A stretch of DNA of 61,509 nucleotides, filler included, from Globobulimina sp. (lineage: Eukaryota), in the NCBI GenBank assembly GCA_003354225.1. It is 13 parts of 13 records of this genome, joined end to end, with 100 filler letters (N's around TTAATTAATTAA, not from the genome) between each part and the next. Parts side by side here need not be neighbours in the genome. Positions count along the whole stretch, not along the records: positions 56,877 to 61,509 come from PIVH01001046.1; 12 more parts are not named here. The stretch is one strand, 5' to 3'. Within the stretch, counting starts at the first letter, position 1. Each line of letters opens with the position of its first letter. Below are positions 61,450 to 61,509 of this stretch, piece by piece. The notes under the pieces were generated by a model. That model saw only the letters and a list, made by a program, of their open reading frames with translations. It was not told the origin of the DNA and made no database searches. Position numbers and translations under genes: made by a program.

Positions 61450-61509
61450 GATTTAGAGAATATCTTCAAAACTTTAAAGAATCAAGTAATTTATCAAAAC
61501 TTTTTGTTT

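Overview
This is not one continuous locus. It is 13 short contigs (4646 to 4633 bp, in descending length order) joined by 100-nt N44-TTAATTAATTAA-N44 spacers, so gene neighbourhood is meaningful only within a contig. The DNA is mostly an AT-rich, gene-dense eukaryotic (protist) genome using the standard code, with short GT-AG introns of about 60-80 nt. The gene repertoire resembles Rhizaria/foraminifera, which is an inference. Recognisable genes include a TRP channel, metaxin, B9D2, a nucleoside transporter, LicD, GH16, GT34, a REJ-GPS-7TM receptor, a 4-domain voltage-gated channel (partial), a VIT-vWA-PH-UBC fusion, a GxGYxYP hydrolase, a histidine acid phosphatase, an aldo-keto reductase and tRNA-Ala(CGC). 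Four observations stand out. (1) Contig 6 holds an intron-containing Zisupton/KDZ-like DDE transposase fused to an OTU-like domain, converging on a USP-fragment/pseudo-Ulp1 ORF next to a TCCGCA repeat block. (2) Contig 4 holds an atypical two-ORF LINE-like element whose ORFs share a hydrophobic N-terminal module. (3) Two bacterial/eukaryote junctions (kdsD/kpsF-channel and an HBM-type chemoreceptor fragment) look like amplification chimeras. (4) The 4-domain channel has an unusual selectivity filter. All family calls come from motif recognition by eye; no searches were run.
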